A stretch of DNA of 64,000 nucleotides from NCBI GenBank assembly GCA_002269645.1, contig NIVC01000035.1:797362-861361 (forward strand), in the 5' to 3' direction. The notes below the pieces were generated by a model. It saw only the letters and a list, made by a program, of their open reading frames with translations, made no database searches and was not told the origin of the DNA. Positions 1 through 10,754 of this stretch are shown here, piece after piece. The stretch's first letter is position 1, and every line of letters starts with the position of its first letter. A program made the position numbers and the translations under genes. The DNA is from Macrostomum lignano. Lineage: Eukaryota.

Positions 1-370
1 ATTCTACTAACTCATTCCTGCCTTGCATTCGGCCTCTAAATTCTTCTCTAAACTCTGCTGAACTTCCGATTCTTCCAAAGCGCTCTATAAGTCTCTCCTT
101 AAATTCTTCGTACTCCAGATCATCTGGGAGGTTCAGACGCTGAACTGCTGCAAACGCAGTAGCCAGGTCGAGGTTCGCGAGAAGCTCTTGCTTCCGGTGA
201 TCTTCTTCAATTCCCTCAGCTTCACAGCGCTGGTCAAACGCAGTCAGCCAAATCCTAATATCTTGGCCAGGCGTGAATTTCTGGATTTTCACATGCCTTT
301 GCGGCCCTAATTCTAATCTGTTTCGTAGCTCTTCAGCTAACATAGCGATTGCATCGTTGGCATTGGCCAT
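1..370 (-). CDS. gag: Ty3/Gypsy retrotransposon Gag N-terminus (partial; runs off the left edge)
   Basis: Manual translation from ATG at 370: MANANDAIAMLAEELRNRLELGPQRHVKIQKFTPGQDIRIWLTAFDQRCEAEGIEEDHRKQELLANL...FREEFRGRMQGRNELVE, with no stop. The F-x-G-x-D-x-x-x-W-L-x-x-F and F-x-x-R-x-Q-x-x-x-E patterns are typical of retrotransposon capsid regions. It lies 100 nt downstream of a PBS. Confidence 0.85.
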   Translation of the reverse strand, partial: MANANDAIAMLAEELRNRLELGPQRHVKIQKFTPGQDIRIWLTAFDQRCEAEGIEEDHRKQELLANLDLATAFAAVQRLNLPDDLEYEEFKERLIERFGRIGSSAEFREEFRGRMQGRNELVE

Positions 371-471
371 CTCTCTTCTACTGTTCCTAAAAGAAATTTC
401 TCACTGATGATTTTCAATTGCCGGAGTTCTTCGCCGTTTCTCTGATCTGTTCGATTCTGGCCGTTTCTCTG

Positions 472-489
472 ATCCCACCGCTGCCACCA
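472..489 (-). promoter_or_regulatory. Primer-binding site complementary to tRNA-Leu 3' end
   Basis: Minus strand TGGTGGCAGCGGTGGGAT is the complement of ATCCCACCGCTGCCA+CCA, the 3' end of metazoan tRNA-Leu(AAG/TAG). It is preceded by ...GACA-ACT, resembling an LTR 3' end. Confidence 0.9.
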
Positions 490-768
490 AGTTGTCGTAG
501 GCCTTTTGGCTCTCTATAAGAATTTCACCGTTATGCCACCAAGTTGTCGTAGATGTTTCACCTCCTACTTTATCAATTTTAATCTCACCGCTGATACCAA
601 AGTTGTACTAGGTGTGTTTCCTGTGCACTGAGAATCCTACTAGATGCCACCAAAGTTGTAACAGGGGTGATTCTTTCTTCTTAATAATAATTTCACACTG
701 TCACCAAAAGCTATCACAGGGCTAATTTACTAATCTCTTAAGTTGGTAGCTGCCACCAGGATTATCCT
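472..768 (-). repeat. Array of six PBS-like modules with unique spacers
   Basis: tRNA-3'-like CCA ends at 489, 541, 599, 652, 706 and 758. The first four are followed on + by (A)AGTTGT; module 5 has a divergent AAAGCTAT and module 6 lacks the motif. Confidence 0.8.
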
Positions 769-1499
769 ATTAATAAATTGTGAGTTTATCAATCTTAGAA
801 TAATCCGAGAAATGTTTCTTAGAATAGGTCTGGGTATTTAGTCTGAGTATTTAGTCTGAGTATTTAGTCTGAGTATTTAATCTGAGTATTTAGTCTGAGT
901 ATTAGTCTTAGAAAAACTGTTAGCCCTGAGATTTAACTCTTCTAATTATTCTGGTAGCGTTCTATTATTCTGGTAGCGTTCTACTTAATAATGGCCTGAG
1001 CGGTATTTTGGCTTACTGGTATATGTATTTCATGTACTTTGCAAGTCCTTGGGCGTTACCGAGATCAGAGGGTCACAGCCTCCGGTTATTCTTACACGTA
1101 TTACTTCAGATCTACTTCGCAACTTCTTACTACTCAACACTTTCCTTCTTAGTAGTATATATGGTCCACACTTCCGTCTACTTCACTCTTACTTCTTGAA
1201 AGGAATTAACACAGAAAACACTTCTTCAATTCTTATTTTCTCGGAACTCTTACTATTCGTTATAACTGTATTATTAGTGAACCGCGATGCGCGAGGTTGG
1301 CAAGTTGCTCCTTCCTCCGCTGAAATTTGCTTGTATTTATAGTAAAATTCTAGTAGATTTTAAACAAAAATTAGTTCGCGTAAAATATTATACAAAACAC
1401 GAATATTAAAACAAAAATGCGTCGTAGTTATTTGGCGTGAATTTAAAATGTAATAACCGATAGCTATTTTTAGAAAGAAATCGGGAGGGGCCCTTTACA
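493..1499 (-). mobile_element. Putative 5' LTR of the Gypsy element
   Basis: Minus strand begins TGTAAAGGG at 1499, has TATAAATA near 1333-1340, and has CA ends next to the PBS modules. It contains short internal repeats. The 3' boundary is ambiguous (493 vs about 656 vs about 760) and the second LTR is outside the window. Confidence 0.55.
836..905. repeat. 13-bp tandem repeat (TTTAGTCTGAGTA) about 5 copies, within the putative LTR
   Basis: Directly visible. Confidence 0.85.
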
Positions 1500-1920
1500 A
1501 TAATATCAATTAGGATTAACTTTAAGACTTGAAATTAAACAAAATTGCATTGAAATAGTTTAAACTATATGTAAAATTTAAAGATTATTGGTATAGGCAT
1601 AAGTGGAGCAGCACTGCAAAGGATTTGGTGAAAAAAATGCACTATCAGTTTTTTGCACTTTGAGATAAGAATACCATTTTTAGTATATGGAAGTCTTAGG
1701 GGCCTAAAATTAGGAAGTTCTAAAGTAGCCTATTTAAGATATTTTTTGTAGTAAGTTTAGGGTGGGTGCAAAAATTGATGTAATTAAGTTAAGCAATTTG
1801 GAAGTATATAGCAAAGTAATTTAAACACAAACATACAAAAAAAGATTAATTTTTTTATAGTTGGAAATATAAATTTAATATAATTACATTTAGGCCTATA
1901 TATAATTATATATAATTTCA

Positions 1921-1980
1921 AACAAATAATAAACATATGCCTCAGATTTGCAAACTGAGGCATATGTTTATTATTTTGTT
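1921..1980. repeat. 60-bp near-perfect palindrome
   Basis: AACAAATAATAAACATATGCCTCAG-ATTTGCAAA-CTGAGGCATATGTTTATTATTTTGTT. Confidence 0.9.
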
Positions 1981-3311
1981 TTATATAGCATAAACTAAGT
2001 ATATTTTTCATTTAGGAAATTCTATAAAAAGCATTCAATTTATTTTTGACTAATTTTGATGATGACTATTTTAGCAAAATTTGGTTTAAAAAGTTTAATT
2101 TAGATATACTAGTAAACAGGTTTATCATTTGCACAAAGACAGCTTATCTAATATTGGTTATATAAAAAATATATTTTGCTTATTGTGCCAAAAATTAAAT
2201 AACAATCATTTCTATATGCTATTACATGGAAAAGTTCCCTAGATAATAGCATCCTCTAAACTATGGTATACCTTAAGATTTAGATATGTAGAAAATGTGT
2301 CAGTTTTAGTATATACAAAGAGATTCATTTCTAGGTTCCAAATAATTTCTATTGAATAGAAAATAGCTAGTTGATGTAAATAGTTAAAGCTAAAAAATTC
2401 TAGCAATGTGAGCAGACTTTTTATTCTCTATAATGGTAATCCAGTTTTTTTACTCAAATTACAACTAGCCTTGTTGAGAATCAAATAAGAAAACAAATTT
2501 AAATAACTTTATTTTTAAAGGAAGATGTTGCTACCTATTCTATCAAGCCTAGGCAACCATAGATAGCTATTGCTTTTTTTCTCTAGGGAAATCTGACAGT
2601 ATTAGTGTTTGTTACTTGGTCCGTATACAGAGTTGTGGAGGTAAATAGTTGCTTGTCTAGTAGTCTTTAACTGGTAGAATTCATAAGCAGAAATTTAGGT
2701 CAGCCTATTCAAGTAAAGACATTTTTAGTTTTTTTTACTAAAAGAATGGGTATTTTTTCACTTAAGATTTTTCTTAGTGGTAGAAATGCCCAAGATGGTC
2801 ATGGCTACCATCCTGATGTCATTGTGGTTGAATCCAAGTATAGTGCTATGATAGGCAAATAAAGGATAGAGAACAACTGTCTAGGATTGCTATCAGTTGA
2901 GGCATTAGCCCATTTCTCCCTGTGTCTACATGTCACCTACTGGTTAATCTGAGGGGCGACAATGCAATGGGAGTAGGGGCCACACACAAGGGACCAGAAA
3001 AATACTTAGTCAAGCCAGCCTACCCCCCACCCTAGTCAGGCCATCAAGCAACCTGTTGTAAAGGATTTTTGACTTTTTGCCAAACTCTGGCAACAAAAAG
3101 ATCATTTTTTCTTAGCTTTTGGGTCAGCTGCAAAACTAACATTTCTGTTTTAGTCAAAACTAAATTGAATAGCCAGTGTAATTTTAGAGGTTGCTTTGTG
3201 TCAATTTTGCTAGGCTACTTAAAATAGGAATTATAGTAAGTAACATTGCTAATCATGCTAACCTAAAATGCCATTTTTTACCAATTCTATCCTTCAGCTT
3301 ATTGCTAACAG

Positions 3312-4199
3312 ATTAAAGTTATAATAAAAACACTGAAACCATATCCGGCAGAAGCTTACACTGACTGTCCGCAAAAGGCTGGCGCTGCTCAGTCTCAGGG
3401 CTCGGGTACAGGGAGCATAAAAAATGAAGGCTTTAGTAACCAGCCTGGATCTACTGGTGATGTGGAATCTGGCGCCACCAATGAAGTTGGCGAATTCGCT
3501 ATCCGCGGCCTCGACAATAAAGAGATCCGGCGCGGCTTCATCCGCAAAGTCTATCTGATACTGTTTGCGCAACTGTTGGTCACCTTCACTGTTGTGATCA
3601 TTTTCTCAGCTGTGAAACCTGTGAAACAATTTGCCAGATCCAATCTGTGGCTGTTCCACGTGTCCTATGGAATCTTTATTATCATGTACTTTGCTCTGGT
3701 CTGCATTACACCGCTGCGTCGTAGATTTCCTGGCAATTTTATTTCTTTGGCCATCTTCACGGCTAGCTTGTCCTTCATGACTGGAGTTGTTGCTTCGTGC
3801 TATCAGACTAACACGGTGGCCGTGTGCCTTGGCGTCACCGCCGCCGTGTGCCTTGGCGTCACCCTGTTCGCTGTGCAGACTCGCTACGACTTCACCATGT
3901 GCAGCGGCTTGCTGTTCGGCTTTAGCCTGGTGGTGTTCCTGTTCGGCCTGTCCTGCTTGGTCACCTTCTTTGTGTACAGGGGCGATCCGAATTTCTCAAT
4001 GACCGCCAAGATTCTTGACTGCGTCTATGGCGGCCTGCTGGCGTTGCTGTTCGTGCTGTTCCTCATCTTCGACACCCAGGGCGTTGTCGGCGGTCGTAGG
4101 CACGATCTATCCGAGGAGGAGTACGTCTACGGAGCTATGCAGATCTACGTGGATGTTGTCTACATCTTTCTCATACTACTTGGCTTCAGTCGTCATTAG
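3312..4199 (+). CDS. TMBIM: Protein Lifeguard / TMBIM (Bax inhibitor-1 family) 7-TM protein; single coding exon seen, start unresolved
   Basis: Family motifs IRRGFIRKVYLIL, RRRFPGNFISLAIFT, YDFT, LIFDTQ, EEYVYGAMQIYVDVV. The frame is open from 3309 with an AG acceptor at 3310-3311. There is no in-frame ATG before TM1. Confidence 0.92.
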   Translation: MKVIIKTLKPYPAEAYTDCPQKAGAAQSQGSGTGSIKNEGFSNQPGSTGDVESGATNEVGEFAIRGLDNKEIRRGFIRKVYLILFAQLLVTFTVVIIFSAVKPVKQFARSNLWLFHVSYGIFIIMYFALVCITPLRRRFPGNFISLAIFTASLSFMTGVVASCYQTNTVAVCLGVTAAVCLGVTLFAVQTRYDFTMCSGLLFGFSLVVFLFGLSCLVTFFVYRGDPNFSMTAKILDCVYGGLLALLFVLFLIFDTQGVVGGRRHDLSEEEYVYGAMQIYVDVVYIFLILLGFSRH

Positions 4200-5717
4200 G
4201 AGATTGTGCATGTTCGATAAAGTTAACATTTTTAGCGACGAGATGGCGCCCAATAGATGATGGACTTGAAGATGGTTAGAGAAAGAGAAACAAACAAAAA
4301 ACAAACTTCTTTATGTTGTATCATTATAATATACAGTCCCGCATCGTTCTAGAGACTGTGAATTGATCTTGTTAAAAACGTATTTTATTATTAGTTGTCT
4401 AAGCTGTTTGGTCCTATAATAGCCTATCGTGTATATATATATAGCTGATTAAGCAATAAATTTTACTAACATTTCTTATTAAGGTGTTATTTGTGTCCGA
4501 TCAGTTCGCATTTTTAGAGTCTCGGATTCTATATATTGGCCTCTCTATCGTACCAATGTGTGACGACGTCGTTAGCATCTTAATTTAATGTAATTTATTT
4601 AGAAAAAATGTACTTTAAGTTTTATTTATTTAAATCCAAGTTATTACTTTTTTGATAGACATCTTAGGTTTAAATGAATCGGATTTCCCCGCCAATTTAA
4701 ATTGTTGCCTCGCGCTCGTTTTTGTATACTCTCCTAAACTCGGCATTTTGTCTCGTACCCTGCGTGTCAACACTACTAATAATTGAACTAGCTAACTAAT
4801 AAATAAACAGCTAATAAATAAATAACTAATAAATAAATAACTAATAATTAATTAATCGCTAACTACATCTCGAATTTGCTACGTCATATATTTTTGGCGG
4901 TCCCACCGGGACATAATTTACAATTGGCCGCCTATCCAGTCGTCAGTTCTTCGATTCGATAAACCATTGACTTCATCTATTCATTGTCTGAACCGGCTAG
5001 TTCATTGTCGCCAATTGCCAACTGCCAACTGCTAACTAATAAATAAATAACTTATAAAATTAATAACTAATAATTAATTAATCGCTAACTACATCTCGAA
5101 TTTGCTACGTCATAAATGCCGTTGTAGTCATCAATAACTAACGTCGATGATCCCTGAAAGTACAGGGGTATACCTGTTACAGGTGAATGTTACAGTTACT
5201 ATATTTTTTACATTTTAATTACAAAGTTTAGCCTTTCAACAACGACGCCCAATCTGTTTTGCATACTTGTCCTGTCTTACATTTACTACAATGAACAACT
5301 GTATCTGCTTGTAACTATCCATACTTCGAGATTAGTGTGTCATCTGAAACGAAAGGGTTGGTATTTTTAGCAATACATACTTTCACAATCACATTGCAGT
5401 GTGAGTTACAAACGTACAAATATTAAACTCCATAAAAAACAACCGCACCAAATTCACGGGGCGCTTTCATTAGGCAAAAATTTCACTTTGCCCAAAAGCA
5501 CTCTTTCACTAGGCCGAACCTTATGGAAGAGCATACTCGGCAATGTGAAGTTTCGGCCTAGTAAACCCCCCCCCCCCAAAATTCACTAAGGTGGCTTTAA
5601 GCTACCTCAAATTTCCGAATTTCAAATCTTCAACAAACCCAAAAAGCAAAAAACTAAGACAGTTTTCACTCAATCCCCCTAGCATTGCTCCACTTTTAAC
5701 CAATCCTTTGGTTAAAG

Positions 5718-5820
5718 CAGGGGTCGGCAAGTCCGGCCCGTCAAGCCTCTCTCTCCGGCCCTCGGGTCCTTTGAATCTTCACAATAGCAATCCGGCCCGG
5801 CCCGCCCAAGGTTTGTGTCT
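5718..5820 (+). mobile_element. hAT-type (Charlie-like) MITE, left end
   Basis: Starts with CAGGGGTCGGCAA and is homologous to the copy at 20326. No right TIR was found. Confidence 0.65.
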
Positions 5821-6765
5821 CTTCTCTCCCCTCTCCTCTCTACCCTCTCTCCTCTCTACCCTATATCCTCTCTACCCTATATCCTCTCTACCCTATATCC
5901 TCTCTACCCTCTCTCCTCTCTACCCTATATCCTCTCTACCCTCTCTCCTTTCTACCCTATATCCTCTTTACCCTATATCCGATCTTTACCCTATATCCTC
6001 TCTACCCTATATCCTCTCTACCCTCTCTCCTCTCTACCCTATATCCTCTCTACCCTATATCCTCTCTACCCTATATCCTCTCTACCCTCTCTCCTTTCTA
6101 CCCTATATCCTCTTTACCCTATATCCTCTCTACCCTCTCTCCTCTCTACCCTATATCCTCTCTACCCTCTCTCCTTTCTACCCTATATCCTCTTTACCCT
6201 ATATCCGATCTTTACCCTATATCCTCTCTACCCTATATCCTCTCTACCCTCTCTCCTCTCTACCCTATATCCTCTCTACCCTCTCTCCTCTCTACCCTAT
6301 ATCCTCTCTACCCTCTCTCCTTTCTACCCTATATCCTCTTTACCCTATATCCGATCTTTACCCTATATCCTCTCTACCCTATATCCTCTCTAGCCTATAT
6401 CCTCTCTAGCCTCTCTCCTCTCTACCCTATATCCTCTCTACCCTATATCCTCTCTACCCTCTCTCCTCTCTACCCTATATCCTCTCTACCCTCTCTCCTT
6501 TCTACCCTATATCCTCTCTACCCTATATCCTCTCTAGCCTATATCCTCTCTAGCCTCTCTCCTCTCTACCCTATATCCTCTCTACCCTATATCCTCTCTA
6601 GCCTCTCTCCTCTCTACCCTCTCTCCTCTCTACCCTTTCTGCTTTCTACCCTCTTTCCTCTCTACCCTATATCCTCTCTACTCGATATCCTCTCTACCCT
6701 ATATCCTCTCTACCCAATATCCTCTCTAGCCTCTCTCCTCTCTACCCTCTCCCCTCTCCCTACTT
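5820..6765. repeat. CT-rich minisatellite (CTCTCTACCCTATATC variants)
   Basis: Directly visible; explains ORFs 5591..6409 and 5815..6393. Confidence 0.95.
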
Positions 6766-6914
6766 TTTTCTAAAAGCGCAAATATTTACATGTATAAATT
6801 TATCGTCAATTTGATGCTTTTAATCTTCTTTCGACTGCAAACAAAAAGTTATTCTCGGGGGGGGGCTCTTAGCTCTACGCTACTAAAAGTAGTCTGATGC
6901 GCATTTAAATTTTC

Positions 6915-7485
6915 CCAGATCCTCAGTTGCCGGGCCAGCCTCCCAGATCCTCAGCTGCTGGGCCAGCCTCCCAGATCCTCAGTTGCTGGGCCAGCCTCCC
7001 AGATCCTCAGTTGCTGGGCCAGCCTCCCAGATCCCCAGTTTCTGGGCCAGCCTCTCAGATCCTGAGTTGCTGAGCCAGCCTCCCGGATCCTCAGTTGCTG
7101 GGCCAGCCTCCCAGATCCTGAGTTGCTGGGCCAGCCTCCCGGATCCTCAGTTGCTGGGCCAGCCTCCCAGATCCTCATTTGCTGGGTCAGCCTCCCAGAT
7201 CCTCAGTTGCTGGGCCAGCCTCCCAGATCCTCAGTTGCTGGGCCAGCCTCCCAGATCCTCAGTTGCTGGGCCAGCCTCCCAGATCCTCATCTTCTGGGCC
7301 AGCCTCCCAAATCCTCATCTGCTGGGTCAGCCTCCCAGAGTGTCAGTTGCTGGGCCAGCCTCCGATATTCTTAGTTGCTTGGTCAGCCTCCCAGATCCTC
7401 ATCTGCTGGGTCAGCCTCCCAGATCCTCAGTTGCTGGGCCAGCCTCCCAGATCCTCAGTTGCTGGGTCAGCCTCCCAGATCCCTA
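6915..7485. repeat. 28-bp tandem repeat CCAGATCCTCAGTTGCTGGGCCAGCCTC
   Basis: About 20 copies; explains the overlapping ORFs in the track. Confidence 0.95.
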
Positions 7486-7550
7486 GCCTTGCTGTGTAGA
7501 CAATATTGTTTGAATTATAAGTCCTCCAGAGAAAAAAATCTATCTTTCAG

Positions 7551-7897
7551 GAGAAGCAAGACCAAACAACGGAGCAGCAGGCAGGGCAGCAGCGGCAGCT
7601 GCCCAGCTACACAGACGCGGTGAAGCCGGCCTACCCGTCGGTGCAGTACGCACCTGTGGCCACTGGCGACTCCAGTCAGCCGCCTGCCACCGCTGGCGTT
7701 GGCTACGCCCACTCTCGTCCTGAAGGTCACGACGCCGTGGCCATCATTGAAGGTGGCGGAGGTGTCGGCGGCGGTTTTGAGGCTGGGCCCAGCTTCTCTG
7801 ATCCCGCCATGCGACGTGGCTTCATCACCAGGGTGTACGCTGTGCTGATGCTGCAGCTGCTGGTTATCAGTATTGTAGTGTCCGTGTTCACCTTTAG
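7551..7897 (+). CDS. TMBIM: Exon of a second Lifeguard/TMBIM paralog (N-terminus plus TM1 only)
   Basis: Acceptor TATCTTTCAG at 7550, donor AG|GTGAGT at 7898. Encodes EKQDQ...LPSYTDA...SFSDPAMRRGFITRVYAVLMLQLLV. No downstream TMBIM exons were found in the window. Confidence 0.8.
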
Positions 7898-7984
7898 GTG
7901 AGTTTTGAGTTCAGCGTCTTCATTTTGAGTCTGATTAGATCCAATCGATATATATATATATATATATAGATTCGTGATTTCAAA

Positions 7985-8612
7985 ATCTACCGCAGATGCT
8001 CAAAATCTGCAGTCTTGCTAATCAAAATCTGCAGTCTTGCTAATCAAAATCTACAGTCTTGATGCTCAACATCTACAGTCTTGATGCTCAAAATCTGCAG
8101 TCTTGCTACTCAAAATCTACAGTCTTGATGCTCAAAATCTGCAGTCTTGCTACTCAAAATCTGCAGTCTTGATGCTCAACATCTACAGTCTTGATGCTCA
8201 AAATCTGCAGTCTTGATGCTCAAAATCTACAGTCTTGAAGCTCAAAATCTACAGTCTTGATGCTCAAAATCTGCAGTCTTGCTACTCAAAATCTGCAGTC
8301 TTGATGCTCAAAATCTGCAGTCTTGATGCTCAAAATCTACAGTCTTGATGCTCAAAATCTGCAGTCTTGATGCTCAAAATCTGCAGTCTTGATGCTCAAA
8401 ATCTACAGTCTTGATGCTCAAAATCTGCAGTCTTGGTGCTCAAAATCTACAGTCTTGATGCTCAAAATCTGCAGTCTTGATGCTCAAAATCTACAGTCTT
8501 GATGCTCAAAATCTGCAGTCTTGATGCTCAAAATCTGCAGTCTTGATGCTCAAAATCTGCAGTCTTGATGCTCAAAATCTACAGTCTTGATGCTCAAAAT
8601 CTGCAGTCTTGA
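7985..8612. repeat. 22-bp tandem repeat TCTTGATGCTCAAAATCTGCAG
   Basis: About 28 copies, directly visible. Confidence 0.95.
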
Positions 8613-8780
8613 TGGAGTTTTCTACATGTAAGTTGGATAAAATACAGACCGTTGATGGCATATTTAGCTGGTAAACTGGTTATAAAACTTAACAAAATAC
8701 TGTGCTCCTCATTTTTGCAGCAAATTTCAATCAATTTCAATGAAATTTGTTCTCTCCACAGGTTAAAAATCCCATTTCGA

Positions 8781-9602
8781 ATGAAAAAAAAGACAACAGT
8801 TCAGCAAAACGTGAAGCAACTCCCGAGACGCTTCGGCGAGCGGTTTTTCCCGCTCGGATACTGGAAGGAGTTCCGCGAGATCGGCAAGCTGCACTTGCCG
8901 TCGTTCCTCACGTGCTTCTTCCAGATCTTCTTGCAGACCATCAGCGTGATCATGTGCGGCCACCTGTCCAAGGAACAGCTGGACGCGGCCGCTCTCGCCT
9001 GCACGCTCATCAGCGTTGCGGGCCTGAGTATCGGTCTTGGCCTGTCCACCGCATGCGACACGTACTTCGCTCAGACCTACGGCAGCGCCTACAGGAAGAG
9101 AGTCGGTCTCTATCTGCAGCGCAGTCTCATTGTCATGTACATGTTCCTGATCCCTGTGTACTGCTTGAACCTGAACATCAAGCCGTTGCTGCTTCTGTTG
9201 GGTCAGGACCCAGTAGTCAGTGACATGACATCGCAATACATCCTGATCTTCATGCCGGGCGTGTTCTTTGACTACACGTTTCTGGTGCTGGCTCGGTACC
9301 TGCAGACTCAGAACCGAGTGTACCCGCCTCTGATCTGCGCCTTCATCGGGAACGTGTTCAACGCAGTGTCTCAGTACATCGCAATCTACGTGCTGGGCTT
9401 TCAGTACGAGGCGTCCGCAGCGTGTCAGGCAGCGTCGCTGTTCGTGATGTGCGCCTGTATAATCGCGTACATTCGAGTGTCGGGCGTCTATGAGGACACG
9501 TGGGACGGCTGGACGATTGAAGCTCTGTACGACATCGGCGGATTCGTCCGGCTGGCTGTGCCAGGCCTTCTGCTCGTAGCGATGGAGGAATTATGCTTCC
9601 AG
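8781..9602 (+). CDS. SLC47A: MATE family (SLC47-like) multidrug/toxin extrusion transporter, coding exon 1
   Basis: Motifs CGHLSKEQLDAAALA, GLSTACDTYFAQTYG, LARYLQTQ, WDGWT. Donor CAG|GTAAGC at 9603. The start codon is uncertain. Confidence 0.93.
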
Positions 9603-9812
9603 GTAAGCACAGCTGATGCTTTTTGAATTAGATATTTAATATCACAATGAATTTGAGGGGAAATAAAATTTTACGGTTGTCTTTTTCCGTTTTAAACGCG
9701 CTCACTCCCATATCACATTGAACATCTACTTTGCGTAAATAAATGTACCCGATTGACAGAGACAGCTAAGAGGGTTTTTGTCGCACATTGTGTTCTTTTA
9801 TCCTTTCCTCAG

Positions 9813-10754
9813 ATCGGTACCTTCATTGCCGGCGGCATCAGCACTCTTCAGCTGGCAGCTCAGGGCATCGTATTCCAAGCTTCCGTCCTGTCCTACATGG
9901 TCTCGCTGGGGATGTCCATAGCTGTGAACATCCGGGTTGGTCAGCACATTGGAGCTAAGCAGATTGAGAAGGCTAAACACACCTACAAAGTAGCTGTGAC
10001 AATGATTCTCACAATGTCAACAATTATCTGCCTCTTTTTCTCTACGTGTCACTTCTACATTGCCAGCCTGTTCACCAGCGACCCGGTAGTGAGAGACGCC
10101 GCCTCTGATCTGCTGACCATATACGCTCCGTTTCCCTACGTTGACGGACTCTCAGCGACTGCTTCAGGTGTGCTGAAGGGCAGCGGTAGGCAGTTTATTG
10201 GTGCAGTGGTCAATCTCATTGCGTACTGTGCAGTGGCCATGCCTATCGGCATTCCGTTGAGTCTGCTCACTTCGATGGAGATTCGCGGCTTCTGGATCGG
10301 TTTGCTGATCGGTCTTGCCGGTGAAACCCTCGTATTCTGGGTGATTGTCCTGCGCACCAATTGGGAGAAGGAAGTCAGCGATGCTCAGCACCGAGTCGCA
10401 GGGTCAGATTCATCGGCCAAACTTCTTGCAGCCGCTTCGCCAGGCGGCGCTAATGAAATAACTCCGTTGCTACCCGAGATTCGTCCGAAACGGATTCGGC
10501 ACGCGTCACAGATCTACGACACACCGTACGAGAGCGAATCCGAAGTGAGCATCGAGCAGCAGGACTCGCTGCCGCCACTGCGACCAGTGCTGGCTCGTCG
10601 CTGTCTAACTTGGCTGCTTCTGCTGCTGCTCCTGACTGTTGCTGTGCTGTTTCGAATCTATCAGAACCGTTACATCTGCGCTGGCACGAGCTGCACCGGT
10701 GGCAATCATACTACAGTGCTATTAGAACAAACCCACACAACTGTACCTGTGTGA
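9813..10754 (+). CDS. SLC47A: MATE family transporter, coding exon 2 (with C-terminal 13th TM)
   Basis: Phase-0 acceptor CCTTTCCTCAG. The spliced junction MEELCFQ|IGTFIAG matches the MATE consensus. Further motifs IRVGQHIGA, SGVLKGSGRQ, TNWEKEV. About 587 aa spliced from ATG 8781. Confidence 0.93.
   Translation: MGTFIAGGISTLQLAAQGIVFQASVLSYMVSLGMSIAVNIRVGQHIGAKQIEKAKHTYKVAVTMILTMSTIICLFFSTCHFYIASLFTSDPVVRDAASDLLTIYAPFPYVDGLSATASGVLKGSGRQFIGAVVNLIAYCAVAMPIGIPLSLLTSMEIRGFWIGLLIGLAGETLVFWVIVLRTNWEKEVSDAQHRVAGSDSSAKLLAAASPGGANEITPLLPEIRPKRIRHASQIYDTPYESESEVSIEQQDSLPPLRPVLARRCLTWLLLLLLLTVAVLFRIYQNRYICAGTSCTGGNHTTVLLEQTHTTVPV

Noticed and set aside
472-768. True CRISPR array
   Set aside because: Eukaryotic context, no cas genes, and degenerate tRNA-derived repeats. 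The resemblance is architectural only.
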